IMG/VR virus record: IMGVR_UViG_2933953506_000002
Location: 1 to 64,000 of that record
Length of the DNA: 64,000 bases
Source: a virus
Lineage: Duplodnaviria; Caudoviricetes
Strand: one strand, 5' to 3'
The notes under the pieces are model-generated. The model was not told the DNA's origin, searched no databases, and saw nothing but the letters and a program-made list of their open reading frames with translations. Shown in pieces: positions 48,693-57,170 of the stretch. The stretch's first letter is position 1. Each line of letters starts with the position of its first letter. The translations under genes and the position numbers were made by a program.

Positions 48693-49466
48693 CTAGATGC
48701 GCGAGTTGCTCAGCGACTGCCACACAGCGCCGGCGAGCGCCCGCGTCGCCCGCGGGACCGACAGGCGCTCGTGCCGGCGGTACAGGGACCAGTTGTATTG
48801 CACGAGCGACAGCTTGTTGGAGGACAGCGATCCCGCCTGGTGGGCCCTGTAAATCGCAAGTGGCTCAGCCAGGCCACGGGCGTCAGCGCCGTCCCGCATG
48901 ATCGACAGCCACAGGGCGTAATCCTGGCGTTTGCGCATCTCCGGCATCAGCCTCGTGCCCAGGACATTGCGGTCGTACATGGCGGTGAGTGCACCGATGT
49001 GGTCTCGGACCAGCATCGCGCGGTAGTCCACGTGCTCCCGCGCACGGACCACCCGCCCGTTCGGGACCCAGTCGGTGCTCTCGCCGTCGTAGTCGGCGTC
49101 CATCTTGAAGTACGAGGTGAACGTCAGCGGCGCACCACCTTCCGCGGCGAAGGCGAGCTGCTTCTCGGTCTTCTCCGGAAGCCACATGTCGTCGCTGTCG
49201 AGAAAGGCGATGTAGTCCCCGCGGGCCCGCTCGATCGCGAGGTTGCGGGCCCGGCCCGCACCGCCCCGTTCGGGTGCCGACTGAGGCAGGACGCGCTCGT
49301 CCTGCTTGGCGAACTCGCGGAGCAGGTCCATGGAGGCATCGGAGGACTGGTCGTCGGTGACCAGCAGCTCCAGGTCGCTGTGGGTCTGCGTGAGTACCGA
49401 TCGGACGGCCGCGCCGAGGGTGGCTGCCGAGTTGTACACGGGCATCACGACCGACACCAGGGGCAC
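48693..49466 (-). CDS. Family 2 glycosyltransferase (TuaG-like)
   Basis: AAGGAG RBS; PLVSVVMPVYN, DDQSSD, ARNLAI, FLDSDD, QDYALW. Confidence 0.92.
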   Translation of the reverse strand: MPLVSVVMPVYNSAATLGAAVRSVLTQTHSDLELLVTDDQSSDASMDLLREFAKQDERVLPQSAPERGGAGRARNLAIERARGDYIAFLDSDDMWLPEKTEKQLAFAAEGGAPLTFTSYFKMDADYDGESTDWVPNGRVVRAREHVDYRAMLVRDHIGALTAMYDRNVLGTRLMPEMRKRQDYALWLSIMRDGADARGLAEPLAIYRAHQAGSLSSNKLSLVQYNWSLYRRHERLSVPRATRALAGAVWQSLSNSRI

Positions 49467-49532
49467 AGCACTTCTCCTTGCCAGACCAGGAACGACGGTC
49501 CATTCAAGCACCGGAATCGAGCAGGAGCTGCC

Positions 49533-50783
49533 ATGCAGATAGTTGTCGCTGGTCAGGGCTATGTAGGGCTTCCCCTGGCCGTACGCGCGGCCGAGGTGGG
49601 ACACCGTGTCGTCGGCTACGACGTGGACACGGACCGTGTCCAGCAGCTCGCCGCCGGCCAGTCCTACGTGCGGGACGTGGACTCCTCGCGGCTGCGCGCA
49701 GTGCTGGACTCCGGGGCCTACTCCTCGACCGCCGACGGTGCCGCGCTGGCCGGCTTCGACATCGCGGTGATCACCGTGCCGACCCCGCTGCGGGACGGCG
49801 TGCCCGACCTGACCTACATCGAGTCCTGCGCCCGGACACTGGGGGAGCACCTGTACCCCGGCGCGACGGTGGTCCTGGAGTCCACGAGCTATCCCGGCAC
49901 CACCGAGGAGCTGCTGCTGCCGATCCTGGAAGAGACCTCGGGCCTCAAGGGCGGGGCGGACTTCCTGGCCGGCTTCAGCCCCGAGCGGATCGGAAACAAG
50001 CGGTGGTCGTTCGACGGGACGCCGAAGCTGGTGTCCGGAATCGACGCCAAATCGCTCGACGTGATCAAGGGTTTCTACGACGGCATCTTCGAGACCACGG
50101 TGCCGGTGTCAGGGCCGAAGGTCGCCGAGCTGGCCAAGCTGCTGGAGAACACCTTCCGGTTCGTCAACATCTCCATGATCAACGAGATGGCGATGCTGGC
50201 CGATGCCCTCGGCGTGAACATCTGGGAGGCGATCGACGCCGCCGCGACCAAGCCGTTCGGATTCACGAAGTTCACCCCGGGGCCGGGGGTCGGCGGGCAC
50301 TGTCTGCCCGTCGACCCGATGTTCCTCTCGTGGAAGGCCCAGCAGGAGCTTGGCATCCCGTTCCGGTTCGCGGAACTCGCCGCCGACGTGAACTTGCACA
50401 TGCCCGACTACGTCGTCCGGCGCCTCGTGGAAGCACTCAACAAGCGAGGCATGCCGGTCAACGGATCTCGGATTCTGCTGCTCGGCCTGACCTACAAGTT
50501 CAACGCCACCGACCTTCGCAATTCCCCTTCGACACGTGTCGCCGAACTTCTCATCGGCCTCGGCGCCGATGTCCGCGGCGCCGAACCCAACATCCCGGAC
50601 AACGACGACACCCGGCTGAACGTGCCCCGGGTCGATGCCACCCCGGAAGAGGTGGCCGCCGCTGATGCGGTGGTTCTTCTCATGGATCATCCGCGATTCG
50701 ACCTCGCGATGATCGAGGAGCACGCGCCGTACGTGCTCGACTGCCGAAACCGCCTGTCCGGAGCGAACGTCGAGACCCTGTAG
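49533..50783 (+). CDS. UDP-N-acetylhexosamine/nucleotide-sugar dehydrogenase
   Basis: GQGYVG, VPTP, ESTSYPGTT, KLLENTFR, GVGGHCLPVDP. Confidence 0.93.
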   Translation: MQIVVAGQGYVGLPLAVRAAEVGHRVVGYDVDTDRVQQLAAGQSYVRDVDSSRLRAVLDSGAYSSTADGAALAGFDIAVITVPTPLRDGVPDLTYIESCARTLGEHLYPGATVVLESTSYPGTTEELLLPILEETSGLKGGADFLAGFSPERIGNKRWSFDGTPKLVSGIDAKSLDVIKGFYDGIFETTVPVSGPKVAELAKLLENTFRFVNISMINEMAMLADALGVNIWEAIDAAATKPFGFTKFTPGPGVGGHCLPVDPMFLSWKAQQELGIPFRFAELAADVNLHMPDYVVRRLVEALNKRGMPVNGSRILLLGLTYKFNATDLRNSPSTRVAELLIGLGADVRGAEPNIPDNDDTRLNVPRVDATPEEVAAADAVVLLMDHPRFDLAMIEEHAPYVLDCRNRLSGANVETL

Positions 50784-50831
50784 CTCCCGAACTCCCCTGG
50801 CCTGCTGCTGACTTCAACCCCCGGAGTTCCC

Positions 50832-52217
50832 TTGCGTGAAGAATGGGAGCACGTCCACACGGACTACGCCCGGCCCGCGCAGCGCCCCGCTCCTGCCTCG
50901 TTGGCCGAGAGCGAGGGCGACTGGCGCCGCTACCTGGAAGATGACACCCCGAACGGTTGGCTGATCCAGCACAGCGCGATGGCGGAAGCACTCGCCAGCG
51001 GCCGACCCATGTACCTGCTGCACACCACCAAGGACATCGCCGCGATCCGCACCAGCGGTGAGCTGCACGTCTCCACCGGGTGCCTGGTCGGGGCCCTGTA
51101 CTGCTCCCCTCTGGTACGTCAGCGTGAAGGAATGCGTCCGCACAATCTCGGCGCCTACCTGATGCAGACGAAGCCCGACACCACGCCCATGATCTTCGAG
51201 GTCATCCCGGACGCTCCGATCCCAACCAAGGGTGTGGATTATCTGCGTCTCGGTGCCATCCACCTGCGTACCTACCTGCGCTACCGGAGCTTTCTCACCC
51301 GGGCCGAGAACGGCCAGCTCGACCATGTCGTGCTGGCCGGACTGGGCGCCGCGGCCGGATTCCTCGACCTGGCCCTGCGCAACGCAGTCGGCCGCGCCAC
51401 GGCGGCCCCCGAGTTCATCGACCAGTTGGCCGCTGCCGTGCCCGCCGTACCGTTTCTCGGCTACCTGTACTTCGAGGTGCTGTCCGAGTACCTGATGCTC
51501 AACTCCACGACTCCGGAGACCAAGGGCTACGCCCAGGTCGGAGAGCTGAACAACTGGCTGTACAAGCGACTCGCGTTCGCCGCCGTGGACGGCATGCACC
51601 GGTTGTTCGACCTGGCCCGCTTCCATCCGCGCCACCAGCAGCTCGTCCAGCTCATCGCCAGCGTGGAACCGGCGCTCGCTCCGGGAGTCGCCGAGTACGT
51701 GCGGCGGCGGCTGTCCCATCTGTTCGCCCGGATCGCGCTGCACCCGTCCCAGGACGCGGCCACGGTGACCTTCCGGGGCATTGATCTCAGCGCGCTCCGG
51801 TACGTCGCGCCGGGACTGACCGGGCAGATGATCTTTCGCGAGATCCGGTACATGCCGCGCTATCGGCAGCTCTACCACTGCTTCGAGAAGGCCAAGGCAC
51901 TGGAGGCTTGGGACTACTGGAACCACGAGGGCATCCCCACGCCCTTCAACGGCATCCTCCCCAAGGGCGAGATCGGGATACATCCCGTCTACCCCCGGTC
52001 GGCCGTCAGGGCGTGGACGGCAAAGCAGGACAGCAGAGGCTTCCTGCACCCAGCCCAGGAGATCACCGCGGTTCTCACGCCGCACCTGGCGTCGTGGTGG
52101 GCGCCCCCTCGCAACCGCGGACGGGTGATCACCACCGATCCGCAGGTCACAGTGGACCGTAGTGCCCCGTCCTCGGTTCCCGCCCACCGATCATCCATCG
52201 AGGGGATCTCCGCGTGA
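50832..52217 (+). CDS. Hypothetical protein, 461 aa, N-terminus reminiscent of an ADP-ribosyltransferase fold
   Basis: GGAG RBS; LLHTT...IRTSGEL...GALYCSP; GTGA-coupled to the GT4 gene. Confidence 0.7.
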   Translation: MREEWEHVHTDYARPAQRPAPASLAESEGDWRRYLEDDTPNGWLIQHSAMAEALASGRPMYLLHTTKDIAAIRTSGELHVSTGCLVGALYCSPLVRQREGMRPHNLGAYLMQTKPDTTPMIFEVIPDAPIPTKGVDYLRLGAIHLRTYLRYRSFLTRAENGQLDHVVLAGLGAAAGFLDLALRNAVGRATAAPEFIDQLAAAVPAVPFLGYLYFEVLSEYLMLNSTTPETKGYAQVGELNNWLYKRLAFAAVDGMHRLFDLARFHPRHQQLVQLIASVEPALAPGVAEYVRRRLSHLFARIALHPSQDAATVTFRGIDLSALRYVAPGLTGQMIFREIRYMPRYRQLYHCFEKAKALEAWDYWNHEGIPTPFNGILPKGEIGIHPVYPRSAVRAWTAKQDSRGFLHPAQEITAVLTPHLASWWAPPRNRGRVITTDPQVTVDRSAPSSVPAHRSSIEGISA

Positions 52218-53380
52218 CCACGAAACCCTTGACGATCCTCACGGGCATCAACCGCACGTCCGAGCCTTCGTCCGGCAGCATGATCCTCGTCAGCGACCTC
52301 TACCGCGCCATGCCCGACACCCATACGACCTTCCTCGGCCGGACACCGGTCCATCACGTGTGGAAGACCGCGTTCGATCACCTGATCCCCCTCTCCACGA
52401 CGAAACGACCCCAGGGCCCCGGCTTCGACACCTACGTGGACAAGCTGACGCAAGAGGTAGGGACGCTCATCGAGCAGATCCGACCCGACGCCATCCACGC
52501 CCAGAACGTCGGGTTCGCGCTCAGCCTCGCGCTCAGTCGCACCGCCGGCACCATCCCGATCATCTCCATCGCTCACGGCCCCGAAGTGATGGCGGCCGAG
52601 CGCAACACGGCGGAACACGAGGCCCTGCTCGAAGTCGCCGGCGCCAGCGCCGCGATCGTCACCCCGACCTCCGTCCTCGCCGACCGCATCGACCGCCTCA
52701 CCGGGCGCCGGTTCACCGACCGCATCGTCATCATCCCGTGGGGCATCCGTCTGGCCGATGCCCATGTACGTGATCAGCCCTCCGCAGGGACCGGACCCCT
52801 GTCTCTGGTACAGGCCGGCCGCCTGGACGACAACAAATCCACGATCACCGCCGTCGAATCCCTCGCATTGACCGATCAGCCACACCACTTGACCGTGATC
52901 GGCAACGGACCCCTACGCGAGTACCTGGAACAGCGGGCTACCGACCTCGGCCTGCGGGATCGGGTCCATTTTCATCCGTTCCTGCCCCGTGCCGAACTCT
53001 GGCGCCGCCTGCCGAACTTCGACGCCTGGGTCTTCACAACCACGGGTCTGGAGGCTTTCGGACTCGTCCTCATTGAGGCTCAAGCCCACGGACTCCCGGT
53101 TGTCTACTCCGATCTTCCCGGAGTGAGGGAAATCCTCGGAGGCGCTGGCATCGCCTACACTCCGGGCGACCCGCTCTCGCTGGCTGCGGCCCTAGACGAG
53201 ATGGGCCGGGACTCCCACCAACGCCGGGCCCTGAACAAAGCGGCTCTCAATAACGCGCGCCGATACGACATCACTACCACCGGCCGCCAGCTTCGCGAAC
53301 TGACGCTCCGCGTTACCTCCCCACGGGGCAGTCATCGGTGGGGCCCGTGCACCAAGGGCCCCACCGATGTTGGGGTGTAA
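52214..53380 (+). CDS. Family 4 (GT-B) glycosyltransferase
   Basis: PDAIHAQ, AGRLDDNK, IGNGP, EAFGLVLIEAQAHGLPVV. Confidence 0.9.
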   Translation: MTTKPLTILTGINRTSEPSSGSMILVSDLYRAMPDTHTTFLGRTPVHHVWKTAFDHLIPLSTTKRPQGPGFDTYVDKLTQEVGTLIEQIRPDAIHAQNVGFALSLALSRTAGTIPIISIAHGPEVMAAERNTAEHEALLEVAGASAAIVTPTSVLADRIDRLTGRRFTDRIVIIPWGIRLADAHVRDQPSAGTGPLSLVQAGRLDDNKSTITAVESLALTDQPHHLTVIGNGPLREYLEQRATDLGLRDRVHFHPFLPRAELWRRLPNFDAWVFTTTGLEAFGLVLIEAQAHGLPVVYSDLPGVREILGGAGIAYTPGDPLSLAAALDEMGRDSHQRRALNKAALNNARRYDITTTGRQLRELTLRVTSPRGSHRWGPCTKGPTDVGV

Positions 53381-53456
53381 CAGAACGCGGTCGTTGACGT
53401 TCCGGCTGTGAAGGGGGTTGCGCTTTACGTCAATCCCGCGTTGATCCGGAGGAACG

Positions 53457-53966
53457 GTGACGACCGCTATAGCTGCCCTTTCGTCCACGACCGGCAGGTC
53501 GCACCTGCAGGAGTCTCTGTTCTCGTGGCTCGCCCCGGAGAGCACTCCGCCCCTGCCCGAGACCAAGGCCCTGGTGGAGTCCGACCCCGAAGGCCCGCCC
53601 GAGCCCCCCGCCGAGGAGGAGAAGGCCGACCTCTCCCACGTCTGGGTTGTGGCCGCGGAGATCGAGGTCATCCCGAAGATTGCGAAGGTGGCCGACTACC
53701 GCGGCAGCTTCAAGGCGAGCGAGGGCCAGCGCATCGACGCGCTCGAGGTCTACTGCAAGGGATGCCGACGCCCGTACGACGAAGTCACCGGCCAGGACTG
53801 CTCAGCGAAGATCGACAACCGGCACTTGATCGGCGGCGACCAGAGCACCCGGGCCAAGCGGAAGATCCCCGTCCCGCCCCGGAACGCCCGGGTCGTGCCC
53901 GGCGGCCGTATCCAGCGCCGCGGCATCGAGGCCTACGTGGGAGGGGTGTCGCGGCCCCCGCGCTGA
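53457..53966 (+). CDS. Hypothetical phage protein upstream of the portal operon
   Basis: GGAGG RBS, GTG start; CKGC; high GC3. Confidence 0.7.
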   Translation: MTTAIAALSSTTGRSHLQESLFSWLAPESTPPLPETKALVESDPEGPPEPPAEEEKADLSHVWVVAAEIEVIPKIAKVADYRGSFKASEGQRIDALEVYCKGCRRPYDEVTGQDCSAKIDNRHLIGGDQSTRAKRKIPVPPRNARVVPGGRIQRRGIEAYVGGVSRPPR

Positions 53967-53969
53967 CCA

Positions 53970-54000
53970 CGCGACACTAACGCCGCCCGCTGTCCACTGT
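53970..54000 (+). promoter_or_regulatory. Class II promoter motif, copy 6 (leaderless portal operon)
   Basis: CGCGACACTAA-N14-CACTGT, then 7 nt to GTG 54008. Confidence 0.75.
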
Positions 54001-54007
54001 GCGCGGC

Positions 54008-54361
54008 GTGACTACTCAGCGAACCTCCTGGGCGCTCGCGCGTGAAGCCGCCGGCCTGTTCCTCACCGCGTTCGGCCTGCTCGGCGTCCTCGTGGCGTTG
54101 GGCGCACTCCACTGGGCCGCCGGACTCTCCGCCGCGATGGCCGGTCTCCTCGCCACGGGCCTGTTCATGCGCCCGAAGCCGACCGCAGCGCCCTGGGCGC
54201 ACCTTGCCCGTGCCGCCGTCTGCATCCTCGGCTACGGCGGTCTCACCGGCTGCGCGTTCGCCCTCTGCACCCCCCTGGGCTGGATCGGCGTCGCCCTGGC
54301 GGTCGTGCTCCTCGGCCTGTGGCTCACCACCCGTGAGCACGAGGACGAGGGGGCCGCCTGA
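54008..54361 (+). CDS. Small 4-TM membrane protein coupled to portal
   Basis: Four hydrophobic segments; TGATG overlap with portal; start placed by the promoter motif. Confidence 0.75.
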   Translation: MTTQRTSWALAREAAGLFLTAFGLLGVLVALGALHWAAGLSAAMAGLLATGLFMRPKPTAAPWAHLARAAVCILGYGGLTGCAFALCTPLGWIGVALAVVLLGLWLTTREHEDEGAA

Positions 54362-56820
54362 TGCCCCGCCAGTTCCTCCCCACGCTCCGGGGACTCCTCG
54401 TTCCGCGCTCCGCTGCTCCCCCACCCGCACCGACCGCTGAGACCAAGGACCTGCTCGCGGGCAACGCGTACGTGTCGATGACCTACGCCGGCGTCACGAA
54501 CGTGTGGGGCACGCCCGGCCGAGCGGACGGCTGGGACATGGAACGCGTCATCGTCGAGGGTTACGAGCGCTCCATCTGGACCTTCAAGTCCATCGAGGCG
54601 ATCAGCAAGCACGCCAGCACCCTCCCGATTCAAATCGGCCGAGGCGGAGACGAACGGCGCTTCGAGGAGACCCTCGACGATCACCCGCTGTTGAAGCTGC
54701 TCAACAAGAAGGCCAATCCGCTGGAGAGCGGCGATGTCTTCAAGAAGCGGCTGAGCGCGCAGCTCCTTCTGTCGAAGAAGGGCGTCTTCATCGAGAAGAC
54801 CTACAGCCGTGGCGGCACCCTCGTACGTCTCGACCTGCTTCCGCCGGACCGCGTCCAGATCATCCCCGACGACCGCAACGCCGACTATGTGAAGCACTTT
54901 GAGTTCACGGACTACAGCGGCCACGTCCGGGAGCTGCTGCCCAATCACGTCATTTGGATTCGCGATCCCCACCCCGTCGACCCTTTTTGCGGCGTCACCC
55001 CGCTCGAAGCGGCGGGCCTGTCCATCGACCTGGACGTGAAGGCCCGCACCTACAACATCAGTTTTATTGACAATGACGGCAGACCGGGCGGAATTGTCGG
55101 TATCGACCTGGACGGCGTCGACCAGCGCGAGGTCGACCGCATCCAGAAGCGACTGGCCCCCGGCGCGCACAACGCCGGCCAGCTCACCCTCGTCGGCACC
55201 GGGCCCGGCGGCGTCACCTACGTCGACACCTCCGCCCGCCCCCGCGAGATGGCCTACGAGACGCTGTCCAGTACCTCCAAGGGCGAGATCCTGGCCGCGT
55301 TCGGCGTCCCAGAGAGCATCGTCGGCAATGCCTCCGAGCGGACCTACGCGAACGCCGACCGCGAGGAATACAACTTCTGGGACCACACGGAACTGCCCCA
55401 CCTCAACCTGATCGCGTCCGGGTTCGACGCGGACCTTGATGACGAGTGGATCGTCCGCTTCGACACCTCCAGTGTTCAGGCGTTGGAGTTTCCCCGTCGT
55501 CAGGCCCGGGAGGAAGCCCGCAAGGAGTGGGAAGCCGGCCTCATCACGATCGACGAGTACCGGGAGATCGCGGGGCGCCCGGCATTCAACGTCCCACAGT
55601 CCCGGGCCCTGTGGATCTCTCCGCAGAAGGCCCCCGTCCCCGCCAACGACCAGGACGCCGCCGCACTGGGCCTCGGCCCCGACCCGGCCGCGGGTGGAAC
55701 ACCCGGAGCCGCGCCCACCGGCGCCCCGCTCCCGCCGACCGCTCCGGACACCGCGGCCGCCGACGTCGCCGCCGCCCGCGCTCTGGACGCTGGCCCGAGC
55801 GCCGCCGCGGATGTCGCCGCCGCACGGGCGCAGGGCACTCCCCTCGCCCTGCCTGCCGGTTCGACGGCTACCGACGCCGTCGCCGCGGCCCGCGCCACCA
55901 CTACCGACAGCGGCCCCGGCGACGCGGCCGCCGACGTCGACCGCGCCCGCAGCACTCAGAACGCTGCACTCCCCGGCGACGCCGCCGAGGACGTCGAAGC
56001 CGCACGCGCCACGGTCGAGACCAAGGCCCTGCCCGAGGACGACGGATACGAGGTCACTGACGACGACTTCGACGCTCTGTCTATGGCCGTGGCCACAGCC
56101 GTCACCGCGCTCCTCGCACGCCAGGAAGGCGTCATACTCGCCCGGCTCCGCGCCCCGAAAATCCGCAAGTACACGAGGTACTGGGAGCCAGAGAACGACG
56201 ACGACGTCCGGCACGTCGACACCGACCTCGACCAGGACCGTGTGGTCAGCGCCGCCCGCTGGGCCGAGGAGACCAGCCAATCCCTGACCCCGATCCTGCA
56301 GCAGGCGGCCATCGCCACGGCACGCAAGGTCGGCCAGGCCCTCACCAGCACGGACGAGGTCCCGCCGGCCGCGGCCGCGGCCGCCATTGTTACCGCGGCG
56401 TACGCCGGCGAGGCCATGACCACGTTCCTCCGCGAACTGGCCACCGCCTTGTTCGACGCGCAGCACGGCGTACCGACGATCAGCGACCTCGAGAACACAG
56501 TCGCCTTCTTCTACCGCTCCGCGGCCCCCAGCCTGGTGGCACGGCTGGCCGAAGCCTGCGCCGTGGCGACCATCAACGGCGCCGCAGACGCGGCCGCGGA
56601 GCACGCCGGCCCCGATGTCGTCCGGACCTGGATCACCCGCGGAGACACCCGCGTACGGCCCGCTCACAAGGCGCTCCACGGCACGACGCTGCCCGTCGGC
56701 ACCCCGTACACCGTCGACGGCGCCAGCCTCCGCTACCCCGGCGACCCCTTCGCCCCCATCGCCCTCACGATCAACTGCCGCTGCCGCCTGCACTACGCCA
56801 CCGACAAGGAGCCCCAGTGA
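54361..56820 (+). CDS. Phage portal protein fused to a Mu gpF-like head morphogenesis domain
   Basis: HPLLKLLNKKANP, LPPDRVQI, GVTPLEAA, EILAAFGVPESIVG, TYAN, TIDEYR; C-terminal WITRGDTRVRPAH...PGDP...INCRC. Confidence 0.92.
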   Translation: MPRQFLPTLRGLLVPRSAAPPPAPTAETKDLLAGNAYVSMTYAGVTNVWGTPGRADGWDMERVIVEGYERSIWTFKSIEAISKHASTLPIQIGRGGDERRFEETLDDHPLLKLLNKKANPLESGDVFKKRLSAQLLLSKKGVFIEKTYSRGGTLVRLDLLPPDRVQIIPDDRNADYVKHFEFTDYSGHVRELLPNHVIWIRDPHPVDPFCGVTPLEAAGLSIDLDVKARTYNISFIDNDGRPGGIVGIDLDGVDQREVDRIQKRLAPGAHNAGQLTLVGTGPGGVTYVDTSARPREMAYETLSSTSKGEILAAFGVPESIVGNASERTYANADREEYNFWDHTELPHLNLIASGFDADLDDEWIVRFDTSSVQALEFPRRQAREEARKEWEAGLITIDEYREIAGRPAFNVPQSRALWISPQKAPVPANDQDAAALGLGPDPAAGGTPGAAPTGAPLPPTAPDTAAADVAAARALDAGPSAAADVAAARAQGTPLALPAGSTATDAVAAARATTTDSGPGDAAADVDRARSTQNAALPGDAAEDVEAARATVETKALPEDDGYEVTDDDFDALSMAVATAVTALLARQEGVILARLRAPKIRKYTRYWEPENDDDVRHVDTDLDQDRVVSAARWAEETSQSLTPILQQAAIATARKVGQALTSTDEVPPAAAAAAIVTAAYAGEAMTTFLRELATALFDAQHGVPTISDLENTVAFFYRSAAPSLVARLAEACAVATINGAADAAAEHAGPDVVRTWITRGDTRVRPAHKALHGTTLPVGTPYTVDGASLRYPGDPFAPIALTINCRCRLHYATDKEPQ

Positions 56821-57062
56821 GACGCACAGCCAGCTTCATCCGACGGAACCTCAGCGCGTTTCTCTGGGGCGGCTGGGCGCTGTTCTTCGCCGTCTACGAG
56901 ACCATCGCGCTGATTACCAAGAAGGACGACGACACGCTGAGCGAGAACACGCGCAAGCTGTTCCGCATTCGCAGCTCGAAGGCAGGACGCGCCGCGTTCA
57001 CGGTCATCTTGGGCGGGGGCGCAGCGTGGTTCCTCCTGCACATCCTCACCGAGACGATGTAA
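56817..57062 (+). CDS. Small 2-TM membrane protein
   Basis: AAGGAG RBS, GTGA coupling; two hydrophobic segments around DDTLSE. Confidence 0.7.
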   Translation: MRRTASFIRRNLSAFLWGGWALFFAVYETIALITKKDDDTLSENTRKLFRIRSSKAGRAAFTVILGGGAAWFLLHILTETM

Positions 57063-57080
57063 GAGCGGGCTCGCGGGCGG

Positions 57081-57098
57081 CTTGCACAATTGTGCAAG
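57081..57098. promoter_or_regulatory. Perfect 18-bp palindrome, candidate operator
   Basis: CTTGCACAATTGTGCAAG. Confidence 0.55.
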
Positions 57099-57132
57099 AA
57101 CGATCTTGGGTGCGGAGGGTTGTCCCGCAGCG

Positions 57133-57163
57133 CGCGACGCTAACCACCCGCACTGTGCATGGT
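57133..57163 (+). promoter_or_regulatory. Class II promoter motif, copy 7 (leaderless giant gene)
   Basis: CGCGACGCTAA-N14-CATGGT, then 7 nt to ATG 57171. Confidence 0.75.
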
Positions 57164-57170
57164 CCGCGCC

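Noticed and set aside
53536-53549. CGGAG-AGCA-CTCCG resembling the leader hairpin
   Set aside because: Inside a CDS, short stem, no following GTCCCGAACGAAGGA; likely chance
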